A stretch of DNA of 59,821 nucleotides from contig DASWBH010000020.1 in NCBI GenBank assembly GCA_036390755.1, positions 1-59,821 on the forward strand, read 5' to 3'. Within the stretch, counting starts at the first letter, position 1. Each line of letters starts with the position of its first letter. Below, piece after piece: positions 42,265-50,787 of this stretch. This DNA comes from Thermoanaerobaculia bacterium. GTDB taxonomy: Bacteria > Acidobacteriota > Thermoanaerobaculia > Gp7-AA8. The position numbers and the translations under genes are program-made. The notes beneath the pieces were generated by a model. It made no database searches, was not told where the DNA came from, and saw only the letters and a list, made by a program, of their open reading frames with translations.

Positions 42265-44945
42265 TACGCGATGCGTCGCGTCGGCGGCCGCGGCACCACG
42301 GCCTCGATTTTCACGCGCGCGTCGACGATCATCGCGCCGTGCTCGAGCACCTTCAGCGGGTTGATGTCGAGCTCGCGGATCTCCGGACAGACTTCGAGAA
42401 GCATGGAGACCCGCAGGATGACGTCTTTCAGCGCTTCCTTGTCCGACTTCGGAGAGCCGCGGTAGCCGTCGAGCAGACGCGAGAATCGAACTTCGCGGAC
42501 CATGTCATCGGTGTCGGCATCGCTCAGCGGATGGATGCGGAACGAGATGTCGCCGAGAAGCTCGACGAGAGTGCCGCCGGCGCCGTAGACGACGACATGG
42601 CCGAACGTCGGGTCCTCGGTCGCGCCGATCATCACTTCCACTCCGCCCGGAATCATCTGCTGCACGATCGCGCCGGTCATGCTCTCGCTGAGGCGGCCCT
42701 GCATCTCGAGGTAAGCCTCGCGGACTTCTCGTTCGTCCTGCAGCGAGAGCTTCACACCGCCCGCTTCGGTTTTGTGCAGCAGAGTCGGACCTTGCGCCTT
42801 GAGCACGACGGGGAAACCCATGCGCATGGCGGCCTCCACCGCCTCGTACACGCTGCCGACTCGTTCGACCAGCGCACTCGGAATGTTGGCGGCCAGTAAC
42901 AGCGCATGGACATCGAGCGCGTCGAGCCAGCCACCACCCGCCGTGAGCTTGCGATCGACGATCGTGCGCATCTGATCGCGGTCGATATCGTCATAGAGGA
43001 TTCGGGAGCCGACCGGACGCCGCCGCCACTCCGCGTAATTCGTCGCCCGCGCCAGCGCTTTCACGGCGCGTTCGGGGAACGGGAACGAAGGCACGGGGTT
43101 CAGCGCGGCGGGCATGCGCTGCGCGGCGCTCATGAACGTCGCCATCATCGTCTTGCCGTTGGAGTCGGCCGCGCATCGCCGCACGGCCTGCGCAACGGCA
43201 AGCGCCTCGGTCGCGAACACCGGGATGTAGATGATCATCAGCGAGTCGACGTTCGGATCGTCGAGCAGAAGCCGCATCGCGCGGCCGTATTGTTCCGCCG
43301 AAGCGCTCGCGATCATGTCGACGGGATTGCCGACGCTGGCCGCAGCCGGCAGAAACGATCGCAACTCCGCGGTCGTCGCTTCGGAGACTTGCGCGAGCGT
43401 GAGTCCGTTGGCCTCGCACGCATCGGCGGCGAGGATGCCCGGCCCGCCCGCGTTCGTCAGAAGTGCCACGCGGGGGCCGCGCGGCTGCGGCTGATTCGCG
43501 AGCAAGGCAGCAACATCGAACAGCTCCTCGAGCGTGTCCGTGCGGATGATGCCGGCCTGCCGGAACAGATCGCCGACGATCGCATCGCTCGTCGCGAGCG
43601 CGCCGGTGTGCGACGACGCGGCGCGAGCGCCACCCGTCGAACGGCCGGCTTTCACCGCGATGATCGGTTTGCGCTTGGCGACCCGCCGAGCGATCTCGCC
43701 GAACTTCCGAGGATTTCCGAAGCTCTCCAGATACAGCAGCATCACGTCCGTCTTCGGATCCTCGGCCCAGTACTGGATGAGGTCATTGCCCGAAACATCG
43801 GCCTTGTTGCCGACGGAGATGAATGTCGAGAAGCCGATGTTCAGCGTGCGTGCGTAATCGAGAATCGCCAGTCCGAGAGCACCGCTCTGGCTCGACATGG
43901 CGACGTTGCCGCGCGGCGGAAAGATCGAGGAGAACGTCGCGTGCATGTTCACGGCCGGATCGGTGTTGATCACACCCATGCAGTTCGGACCGACCATGCG
44001 GATGCCCGCGGCGCGCACTTTGTCGACGAGGCGGCCCTCGGCTTCGCGGCCGGCTTCACCCGTTTCGCCGAAGCCGGCGGTGATGACGACGACGGCGCCG
44101 ACACCCTTCGTGACGCACTCATCGATGATGTTCTCGACATTCTCTGCGGGGACGACGATGACGCCCAGGTCGATCGGTCCGGGAACGTGACTCACCGACG
44201 CGAACGCCGGGATGCCGTCGATCTCGACCGCCTTCGGATTGATCGGGTAGAGCGCGCCGTGGAAACCGGTCGTGCGCAGGTTGCGCAGAATCTCGTAACC
44301 GATCGTGCCGGGACGGCGGCTCGCACCGACGACCGCGATGGAGCGCGGCTCGAAAATCGACTTCATCGACGCGTACGCCGCCTTTTGCGATCGCTCCGCA
44401 GCTTTGTCCTGGAATTCTTCCGTCGCCGCGATCGGGAAGGAGACGTGGACCGCGCCGTCGGAGGAGCGGCTCTTCACGTCGAAACCGGAGAGCAGAAAGA
44501 CGTCGAGCATCTTCTGGTTCTCCGGCAGCGTCTCGGCGCGGAACTCATCGATGCCGTGTGTGCGCGCGATGTCGGCAAGCTTCTGCATCAGATGCGTGCC
44601 GATGCCGAAGCCCTGTGCCCGGTCCGCAATCGCGAACGCCACCTCGGCGATGCGCGGATCGCGCCGCGAGCGGAAGTAGTGCGCGATTCCGGCCAGCGAG
44701 CCGCCGAGCTCACCGACCACGCCGAACTCGCCGACGTAATCGACGGTGGTCGGGGAATCGTGAACCGCCGACTCCGGCGTGCGCACGTCGAAGAAGCGCA
44801 TGTAGAGGCTGTCCTTCGACATGCCGCGATAAAAGTCGAGCAAAGCGGCGCTGTCCTCCGGCCTCACCGGACGGATGTGCAGCGTGCGCCCGTTGCGCAG
44901 AACGACGTCGGATTCGAAGTGGGCCGGATAAGCGGCTGCGGTCAC
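42261..44945 (-). CDS. N-terminal GNAT fused to ADP-forming acyl-CoA synthetase domains (Pat/PatA-like)
   Basis: AEVAFAIADRAQGFGIGT; GPNCMG, SQSGALG, SVGNKAD, AASSHTGAL, NAGGPG, ELDINPL. Confidence 0.9.
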   Translation of the reverse strand: MTAAAYPAHFESDVVLRNGRTLHIRPVRPEDSAALLDFYRGMSKDSLYMRFFDVRTPESAVHDSPTTVDYVGEFGVVGELGGSLAGIAHYFRSRRDPRIAEVAFAIADRAQGFGIGTHLMQKLADIARTHGIDEFRAETLPENQKMLDVFLLSGFDVKSRSSDGAVHVSFPIAATEEFQDKAAERSQKAAYASMKSIFEPRSIAVVGASRRPGTIGYEILRNLRTTGFHGALYPINPKAVEIDGIPAFASVSHVPGPIDLGVIVVPAENVENIIDECVTKGVGAVVVITAGFGETGEAGREAEGRLVDKVRAAGIRMVGPNCMGVINTDPAVNMHATFSSIFPPRGNVAMSSQSGALGLAILDYARTLNIGFSTFISVGNKADVSGNDLIQYWAEDPKTDVMLLYLESFGNPRKFGEIARRVAKRKPIIAVKAGRSTGGARAASSHTGALATSDAIVGDLFRQAGIIRTDTLEELFDVAALLANQPQPRGPRVALLTNAGGPGILAADACEANGLTLAQVSEATTAELRSFLPAAASVGNPVDMIASASAEQYGRAMRLLLDDPNVDSLMIIYIPVFATEALAVAQAVRRCAADSNGKTMMATFMSAAQRMPAALNPVPSFPFPERAVKALARATNYAEWRRRPVGSRILYDDIDRDQMRTIVDRKLTAGGGWLDALDVHALLLAANIPSALVERVGSVYEAVEAAMRMGFPVVLKAQGPTLLHKTEAGGVKLSLQDEREVREAYLEMQGRLSESMTGAIVQQMIPGGVEVMIGATEDPTFGHVVVYGAGGTLVELLGDISFRIHPLSDADTDDMVREVRFSRLLDGYRGSPKSDKEALKDVILRVSMLLEVCPEIRELDINPLKVLEHGAMIVDARVKIEAVVPRPPTRRIAY

Positions 44946-44966
44946 AACCGCGACATTATCGCGGAA

Positions 44967-45380
44967 TCAGGCGATCGCGACTTCCTGGCCTGTCACCTGG
45001 AAGTAGAATTTCGCGAGCTGTTCGTTCGTGAAGTCACTCCAGCCGCGGCACGTGTCGCGCACGGTCTGCTGGACGTCGCACGCGATCGGAAGCTCATAGA
45101 CCTCCTGCTGCGCGAGCTGCCAGTCGTTGGCGATCACTTCGAGCTGCTCGCGGTTCAGGTCCGGACGTTTCTTCACGATCCAGTCGTAGCGCCGGCGCAG
45201 ATCTTCGTCGCCGTACTGATTGAAGCCATTGCAGAAAATGCCGCGTTCCGCTGCGACTTTGCAGATCGAGTTTTCGATGTCGGTGAACTTCGCCAGCGCG
45301 TTGCGAAGTCTGATGACGAGCTCGGTCCGCGTGATCGTCTCGAGCTTCGGTGCCGACTGTTTCTTGAGAGGTTTGGGCAT
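44967..45380 (-). CDS. Hypothetical protein with two C-x9-C-x-G-[FW] repeats
   Basis: GGAGG RBS; CKVAAERGIFCNGF and CDVQQTVRDTCRGW. Confidence 0.7.
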   Translation of the reverse strand: MPKPLKKQSAPKLETITRTELVIRLRNALAKFTDIENSICKVAAERGIFCNGFNQYGDEDLRRRYDWIVKKRPDLNREQLEVIANDWQLAQQEVYELPIACDVQQTVRDTCRGWSDFTNEQLAKFYFQVTGQEVAIA

Positions 45381-45449
45381 AGCGCCTCCGTCTTCCTCGG
45401 ATGATGCTACCGAGGCAAACCGGGAGCGGTATGACGGCTCACATGCCGG

Positions 45450-45465
45450 TGTGATGAACAACACA
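45450..45465. promoter_or_regulatory. CRP-like box TGTGA-TGAACA-ACACA
   Basis: 9/10 consensus in a divergent intergenic region. Confidence 0.7.
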
Positions 45466-45500
45466 CCACCCTGTGGGTCGCGGAGAGTTCACTAGCCGCC

Positions 45501-46727
45501 ATGTTGAAACCGGTGGAGCTCGAGATCGAACTCTTCTGCCGCGGCATGCGCATCGGCGAGTCATGCCACGCCGGTGAAGTCGGCCGCAGGATCACCCGCA
45601 CGCGGGCCGGCCTCGGTTCGGGTCTCGAGATCGTCATCCCCGGCCCGAAGGACATCTGGGTCAACGTTCCGGTGATCGAGCGGTTCGCGCAGCACTCGGC
45701 TTTCACGCTTCACGAGACGAGCGACGGCTTCTTCGTCGCCGACGTGCGAAACGGCATCGAATACCCGGTTTCGATTCCGGCTGAACCGGCGTGGTATTCG
45801 CGGAACACCTCCTCCGACGTTCCGATGAGCCGCATCGGCGTCCTGCAAGGGAACTACCTCGGCATCTACGTTTCGGCGCGATGTCTGTACTGGAGCTCGA
45901 CGATCGACGCGGCGTGCAAATTCTGTACGACGGGAAAGAACGTCGGGACCGCTGAGGAGTCGCGCAAGCGGGTCGAAGACGTCGTCGAGGTCGCGCGCGC
46001 GGCGCGCGATGAGTCAGGCGCGATCTTCACGCATTTCAACACCGGCTATCACTACGAGGATCGTGACGAACGCGAGAACATGCACGGCCTGCACATGTGC
46101 GAACCGTACGTGCGCGCCGTTCGCGAACACGTCGGCGGATTCATCGGCGTGCAGGCTGTTCCCGTGCCGCGGCGGAAGTTCTACGAATATGACTCGCTCA
46201 TCGAAGCGGGCACCGACCACTTCTCGTTCTGCTATGAGTTCGAGGATCCGGAAGTCTTCGCACGCATCTGCCCGGGCAAAGCGCAGACGCTCGGGCAGAG
46301 CGCGTTTTTCGAGGCGATGGAGTACACCGCGAAAAAACTCGGACGCGGCCGCGTATCGGGCGAGATCATCGCCGGAGTGGAATCGATCGAGGCGACGAAG
46401 CGCGGGATCGACCGGATCGTCGACGCCGGAGCGTTCCCGACCGTGTGCATCTTCCGTCCGACGATCGGCAGCGAGATGGAAAACGATCCGCCTCCCGATC
46501 CCGAACCGATGCGCGAAGTCTTCGCCTACCTTCACGAAAGCTGCCGTCGCGCCGGTCTGCCGGTCGGCATCCTTCCCATCGAAGTGTCGCTCGTCGTTCA
46601 GCCGGAAGAGACCGCAGCGCTCGTCGAGCCGACGTTCGCCGGCCACGCGTACCACTTCAAGAACTGGACACTGCGCCAGCTCGCGAAGCCGTACGTCGCC
46701 TGGAAGAAACGGCCCCAGGCCGCGTAA
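45501..46727 (+). CDS. Radical SAM protein with expanded C-x10-C-x2-C motif (MSMEG_0568-like)
   Basis: CLYWSSTIDAACKFC; CPGK; GEIIAGVE; PTVCIFRPTIGS. Confidence 0.75.
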   Translation: MLKPVELEIELFCRGMRIGESCHAGEVGRRITRTRAGLGSGLEIVIPGPKDIWVNVPVIERFAQHSAFTLHETSDGFFVADVRNGIEYPVSIPAEPAWYSRNTSSDVPMSRIGVLQGNYLGIYVSARCLYWSSTIDAACKFCTTGKNVGTAEESRKRVEDVVEVARAARDESGAIFTHFNTGYHYEDRDERENMHGLHMCEPYVRAVREHVGGFIGVQAVPVPRRKFYEYDSLIEAGTDHFSFCYEFEDPEVFARICPGKAQTLGQSAFFEAMEYTAKKLGRGRVSGEIIAGVESIEATKRGIDRIVDAGAFPTVCIFRPTIGSEMENDPPPDPEPMREVFAYLHESCRRAGLPVGILPIEVSLVVQPEETAALVEPTFAGHAYHFKNWTLRQLAKPYVAWKKRPQAA

Positions 46728-46748
46728 GCGATTACCATTCCGCGCAGT

Positions 46749-47201
46749 TTGATCAACGCAAGGTTCGGCCACACGAATCTCGTCGCGCAGGACTGGCGTG
46801 TCCTCGCCGGCTTCTATCAGCGCGTGTTCGGCTGCACTCCGGTCCCGCCGGAGCGGGACTTCCGCGGCGCCGATCTCGACGCCGGCACGGGACTGACCGG
46901 CGCGCATCTCACCGGCGCACACCTCAGGCTGCCCGGCCACGGCGCGAACGGCCCGACGCTCGAGATTTTTCACTACGACGAGCTCGAGCCGCGTTCGCCG
47001 TCGGCCGTGAACCGGCCGGGGTTCGCGCATATCGCGTTCGCGGTCGACGACGTCGCTGCGGCGCGCAAGGAAGTGCTCGCGTCCGGCGGCCGCGCGATCG
47101 GCGAGATCGTCACGCTGCGCGTCGCGACCGGCGCACGCGTGACGTGGTGCTACGTCACCGATCCGGAAGACAACATCGTCGAATTGCAGAGCTGGAGCTA
47201 G
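46749..47201 (+). CDS. VOC/glyoxalase family protein
   Basis: HTNLV, LEIFHY, GFAHIAFAVDD, YVTDPEDNIVEL. Confidence 0.88.
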   Translation: MINARFGHTNLVAQDWRVLAGFYQRVFGCTPVPPERDFRGADLDAGTGLTGAHLTGAHLRLPGHGANGPTLEIFHYDELEPRSPSAVNRPGFAHIAFAVDDVAAARKEVLASGGRAIGEIVTLRVATGARVTWCYVTDPEDNIVELQSWS

Positions 47202-47210
47202 GAGGACGCA

Positions 47211-47705
47211 ATGGCCATTGCCGATTCGCTGCTTCCGGAGTTCGATCGTGAGATGAGCGTCACGCGCAAACTTCTCGATCGCGTACCCGAGGACAAGATT
47301 GCCTGGAAGCCCCATCCGAAGTCGTACTCGCTCGGCGATCTCGCGATCCACGTCGCGAACATCCCGACGTGGATCAGGTTCATCGTGAACGACGACTTGT
47401 TCGACACAGCGGCACCATTTCAGCGGCCGGCGCCGTTTTCGACGCGCAGTGCAGCGCTCGAATTTTTCGACAACAACGTACTCACCGCGCGCGCCGCTCT
47501 GGCGTCGGCCTCGGACGCTCGGCTAATGGGCCCGTGGTCGCTCAAGCACGGCGAGCAGACGCTCTTCACGATGCCGCGCGTCGCGGTGCTCCGCTCGTTC
47601 GCAATGAACCACCACATCCATCATCGCGGACAGCTCACCGTTTACCTGCGCATGCACGACGTTCCGCTGCCGAACATGTATGGCCCGACAGCCGACGAGC
47701 GTTAG
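47211..47705 (+). CDS. DinB family protein
   Basis: WKPHPKS, LAIHVA, NHHIHHRGQL. Confidence 0.9.
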   Translation: MAIADSLLPEFDREMSVTRKLLDRVPEDKIAWKPHPKSYSLGDLAIHVANIPTWIRFIVNDDLFDTAAPFQRPAPFSTRSAALEFFDNNVLTARAALASASDARLMGPWSLKHGEQTLFTMPRVAVLRSFAMNHHIHHRGQLTVYLRMHDVPLPNMYGPTADER

Positions 47706-47709
47706 GCAC

Positions 47710-48171
47710 CTAGTGATCGCGCTTCACCAGCGCTGACGAGAGCCGCGACACGCGCCCGCCCGCGATCGACGTGAATCGCGCCAGCGCGCCGAACTCGCGG
47801 TTCGTCATGCGGCGTCCGAGGTCGGATTGAGCAAGGATGCCGACGAGGGTGCCGTCGGCGAGGATCACCGGCAGGTGATGGATCGCGTTCTCCTCCATCA
47901 GCTCGATCGCTTTCTCGATCGGCTCGTCGGCCTCGACGGCGATCACCGGTCTGGTCATGCAGGCATCCGCACTCAAACCGGACGCGTCGAGCCGCGGCGC
48001 CACACCGCGCAGCGCGATGTCGCGATCCGTGATGATTCCGATGAGCTTTCCCGACTCGGTCACCGGAATCGCGGCGCAGCCGTGGTCGGTCATGAGCTGC
48101 GCGACCAGACGAAGGCTGGTCTTCCGGTCGCAGGCAGCGGGGTTGGGCGTCATAGCATCGCGAACTCTCAT
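47710..48171 (-). CDS. CBS-pair protein
   Basis: VRDAMT, GIITDRDI, CMT, HHLPVI, GILAQSDL. Confidence 0.9.
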   Translation of the reverse strand: MRVRDAMTPNPAACDRKTSLRLVAQLMTDHGCAAIPVTESGKLIGIITDRDIALRGVAPRLDASGLSADACMTRPVIAVEADEPIEKAIELMEENAIHHLPVILADGTLVGILAQSDLGRRMTNREFGALARFTSIAGGRVSRLSSALVKRDH

Positions 48172-48238
48172 GGGAGCCTCCACCCGGCAGTCTTGTTCCG
48201 GGCACAGCGCTACGCAGCGGCGGCCGGTGCGAGGCTGG

Positions 48239-48254
48239 TGTGACCGGCGACACA
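48239..48254. promoter_or_regulatory. CRP-like box TGTGA-CCGGCG-ACACA
   Basis: 9/10 consensus, centred about 76 nt from both divergent starts (CBS, hypC). Confidence 0.7.
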
Positions 48255-48323
48255 GGGTCTGGTGAGCACAGTCATTAGGGCAATTCCGGAGCAGACGTAG
48301 CCTGCGATCTACGGAGGTAGCGT

Positions 48324-48617
48324 ATGTGTCTCGGCGTGCCCGGCCAGATTGTCTCGATTCAAAAGAACGTTGCGTCTGTTGAATTCTGGGGAACGCGGAA
48401 GAGCGTCAGGCTCGTGGGTTTGACCGACCACGTGCTCCCCGGCGACTACATCATCGAACACGCAGGCTACGCGGTGCGGCGCATTCCCACCGCGGACGTG
48501 GCCGATACTCTCGCGCTCTACGAAGTGCTCCTCACTGAAGCGGGAGAGGATCCCATCGCGCGCGACATCATCGACGAGCTTTCAGAGGAGCGCGAGCTCG
48601 ACGAAGTGCTCGTCTGA
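48324..48617 (+). CDS. hypC: HypC/HupF-family chaperone with acidic C-terminal extension
   Basis: MCLGVPGQI N-terminus, GDYIIEHAGYA; GGAGG RBS. Confidence 0.85.
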   Translation: MCLGVPGQIVSIQKNVASVEFWGTRKSVRLVGLTDHVLPGDYIIEHAGYAVRRIPTADVADTLALYEVLLTEAGEDPIARDIIDELSEERELDEVLV

Positions 48618-48623
48618 TTTGAA

Positions 48624-49454
48624 ATGCGCGACTACGAGTTCCGCCCGACACGGATTGCTGTCCTCACGTCTTTTTCAGCGCCCGGTATTACCGATCTTCT
48701 GGCAAGCTCCTCACGCGGAACGGCGTTCGAGATCGCTGGCGTGATCTCGTCCGAGACTTCGCTACAGGCGCAGGACGTGATCGAAGCGGCGGGTGTTCCC
48801 GTCGTCATGCATCCAATCCGCCGATTTCATTCGGACAATCGCCTGCCGCTGCGCAACCTGCACGCGCGCGTGGAGTACGACTATAAAACCGCCGAGATTC
48901 TTCAAGGCCTGAAGGCGGAGTACGTCATTGCGGCGGGCTACCGGTTCATCATGACCGCGCCGCTGCTTTCCGAGTTCCCGCGGCGCATCATCGCGATCCA
49001 GGACGCTGATCTGACGGGAGTCGATGTGCATGGCGGACGTCCGCACGCCGGCCTCGACGCCGTCCGCGATGCGATTCTCGGCGGTGCGGAGTCGACCCGC
49101 TCCACCGCGTATTTCGTGACCGAGGACGTCGGCCGCGGGCCGTTGTTCATGGTCAGCGCGCGCTATCCGGTCGCGCCGCTCGCGCGCGAAGCGCTGGCGC
49201 GCGGCGCGTACCAGGAGCTAGACACATACGCGGCGCTGCACCGCTGGTGGATGCGCGTGTCCGCGTTCGGCGAGATGATGCCGCGCATCGCGGAGATCGT
49301 AGCCGCCGGTACGATGCAGATCGTCGGCGACGTCGTCTGGATCGACGGCGTTCCCGGTCCCTGCCGCATGGGCGAAGCCGCTTCGATCTGCGCCGATCGA
49401 CAGGCGCCCCTCGGTCCGGGCGTTCCTGAGAGCTGCCCCTACATCAAGCGATAA
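48624..49454 (+). CDS. PurN-like formyltransferase-fold protein with substituted catalytic residues and Cys-containing tail
   Basis: RIAVLTS, AAGYRFIM, IAIQDADL (vs NIHPSLL), YFVTEDVGRGP (vs HFV..LDxGP). Confidence 0.75.
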   Translation: MRDYEFRPTRIAVLTSFSAPGITDLLASSSRGTAFEIAGVISSETSLQAQDVIEAAGVPVVMHPIRRFHSDNRLPLRNLHARVEYDYKTAEILQGLKAEYVIAAGYRFIMTAPLLSEFPRRIIAIQDADLTGVDVHGGRPHAGLDAVRDAILGGAESTRSTAYFVTEDVGRGPLFMVSARYPVAPLAREALARGAYQELDTYAALHRWWMRVSAFGEMMPRIAEIVAAGTMQIVGDVVWIDGVPGPCRMGEAASICADRQAPLGPGVPESCPYIKR

Positions 49455-49674
49455 CGCGCCGGCACGGGCAGAAATCGCCACTCGCTGGTCGGCACATCCG
49501 CACGTTCACGTGTTTCGATCGCGCGTGCCCGCACTGCCCGCACATCGCCGCGGATTCGCCTGCCGTGAATCCGGTGCAGACGCACGGGTAGTCTTCCGAC
49601 GGGTAATGAATCATCACCTCGCAGATGTTGGCGATGTGGTGCTCGACCTCGGTGTGCGGACAGGGATCGGTCAT
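49444..49674 (-). CDS. Small Cys/His-rich protein (76 aa, 9 Cys, 6 His)
   Basis: Two C-x-H-x4-H-x5-C...C-x-C repeats; GAGG upstream; fills the gap. Confidence 0.65.
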   Translation of the reverse strand: MTDPCPHTEVEHHIANICEVMIHYPSEDYPCVCTGFTAGESAAMCGQCGHARSKHVNVRMCRPASGDFCPCRRVIA

Positions 49675-49690
49675 GCGGCGAACACCCTCA

Positions 49691-49706
49691 TGTGCGCGAA
49701 GTCACA
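49691..49706. promoter_or_regulatory. CRP-like box TGTGC-GCGAAG-TCACA
   Basis: 9/10 consensus between divergent genes. Confidence 0.65.
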
Positions 49707-49785
49707 GGGCCGTGTGCGTGCAGTCATCGGCCCGCCGCCGCTGCGGTGTTGTGATCGGCGAGAAAGAAAAGGACGGATACCGCCG

Positions 49786-50787
49786 ATGGAAACGAACCGT
49801 GCCCATATCGTGGTGTGGGAGTTGACCCGCGCATGTAAGTTGTCCTGCACCAATTGCGCGATCGGAGCCCTGCCCCGGCGCGCGCCGATGGAGCTTTCAA
49901 CATACGAAGCATACAAAACCATCGACCAGGTCGTCGCGCTCAGGCCGGAAGAACTGATCCTGACCGGCGGCGATCCGCTCGAGCGGGCAGACATTTACCA
50001 GTTGATCGATTACGCGCGGCGCCGCGGCCTGCGGCCCTCGATGATGGTCAGTCCGACCGCGCTTCTGACCGGCGCCTCTGTCGGAAAGCTGAAGAGAAAC
50101 GGCCTGGCGCGCCTCATCGTCAGTGTCGATTCGTCCACGCCCGACCGCCACGATTCGATCCGCGGCGCCCACGGACAGTTCGCGGCCACGCTGCTGGCGA
50201 TCCGCTGGGCGCGCACGGCCGCGCTGCCGGTCGAGGTGAACACTCTCGTCTCGCATCGCAACATGGGCGACCTCGACTCCCTCGCCTCCCTTCTTGGTGA
50301 TCTCGGCGTCGAGCGCTGGAGCGTTTACTTCGTCGTTCCTATCGGCGGATCCAAGCATCTCGAAACGCTGTCGCCGGAGGAATCGGAACGGGTCCTCGAG
50401 AGGCTGCAGACCATGCGCACAAAGGTGCCGTTCACGATCCGGACGTTTGAAGCGCCGCAATACCGTCAGATCGAGCGCATGGACACGCTCTTCATCTCGC
50501 ATACCGGCGAAGTCAGCATCAGCCCGTTCCTGCCGGTGACGGCGGGCAACATCCGCTATCAGCCGCTGTCGTCGCTCGATCGCTCGAGCGATCTGCTGAT
50601 CGCTCTGCGCGATGATTCGAACCTCAAGGGAAAATGCGGCCGGTGCGAGTACCGCCGCACGTGCGGCGGGTCCCGGGCACGCGCGTACGCGATGACCGGC
50701 GACGTATTTGCCGCCGACCCGCTCTGCAGCTATCAGCCCGGAACGGCCACCGGTACGCCGCTGGTCGATCGCGGAGGAGCGGCGTGA
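49786..50787 (+). CDS. Radical SAM/SPASM protein, Ahb/NirJ-like (BA_1875-type)
   Basis: VWELTRACKLSCTNC, LTGGDPL, CGRCEYRRTCGGSRARAYA...DPLC. Confidence 0.85.
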   Translation: METNRAHIVVWELTRACKLSCTNCAIGALPRRAPMELSTYEAYKTIDQVVALRPEELILTGGDPLERADIYQLIDYARRRGLRPSMMVSPTALLTGASVGKLKRNGLARLIVSVDSSTPDRHDSIRGAHGQFAATLLAIRWARTAALPVEVNTLVSHRNMGDLDSLASLLGDLGVERWSVYFVVPIGGSKHLETLSPEESERVLERLQTMRTKVPFTIRTFEAPQYRQIERMDTLFISHTGEVSISPFLPVTAGNIRYQPLSSLDRSSDLLIALRDDSNLKGKCGRCEYRRTCGGSRARAYAMTGDVFAADPLCSYQPGTATGTPLVDRGGAA

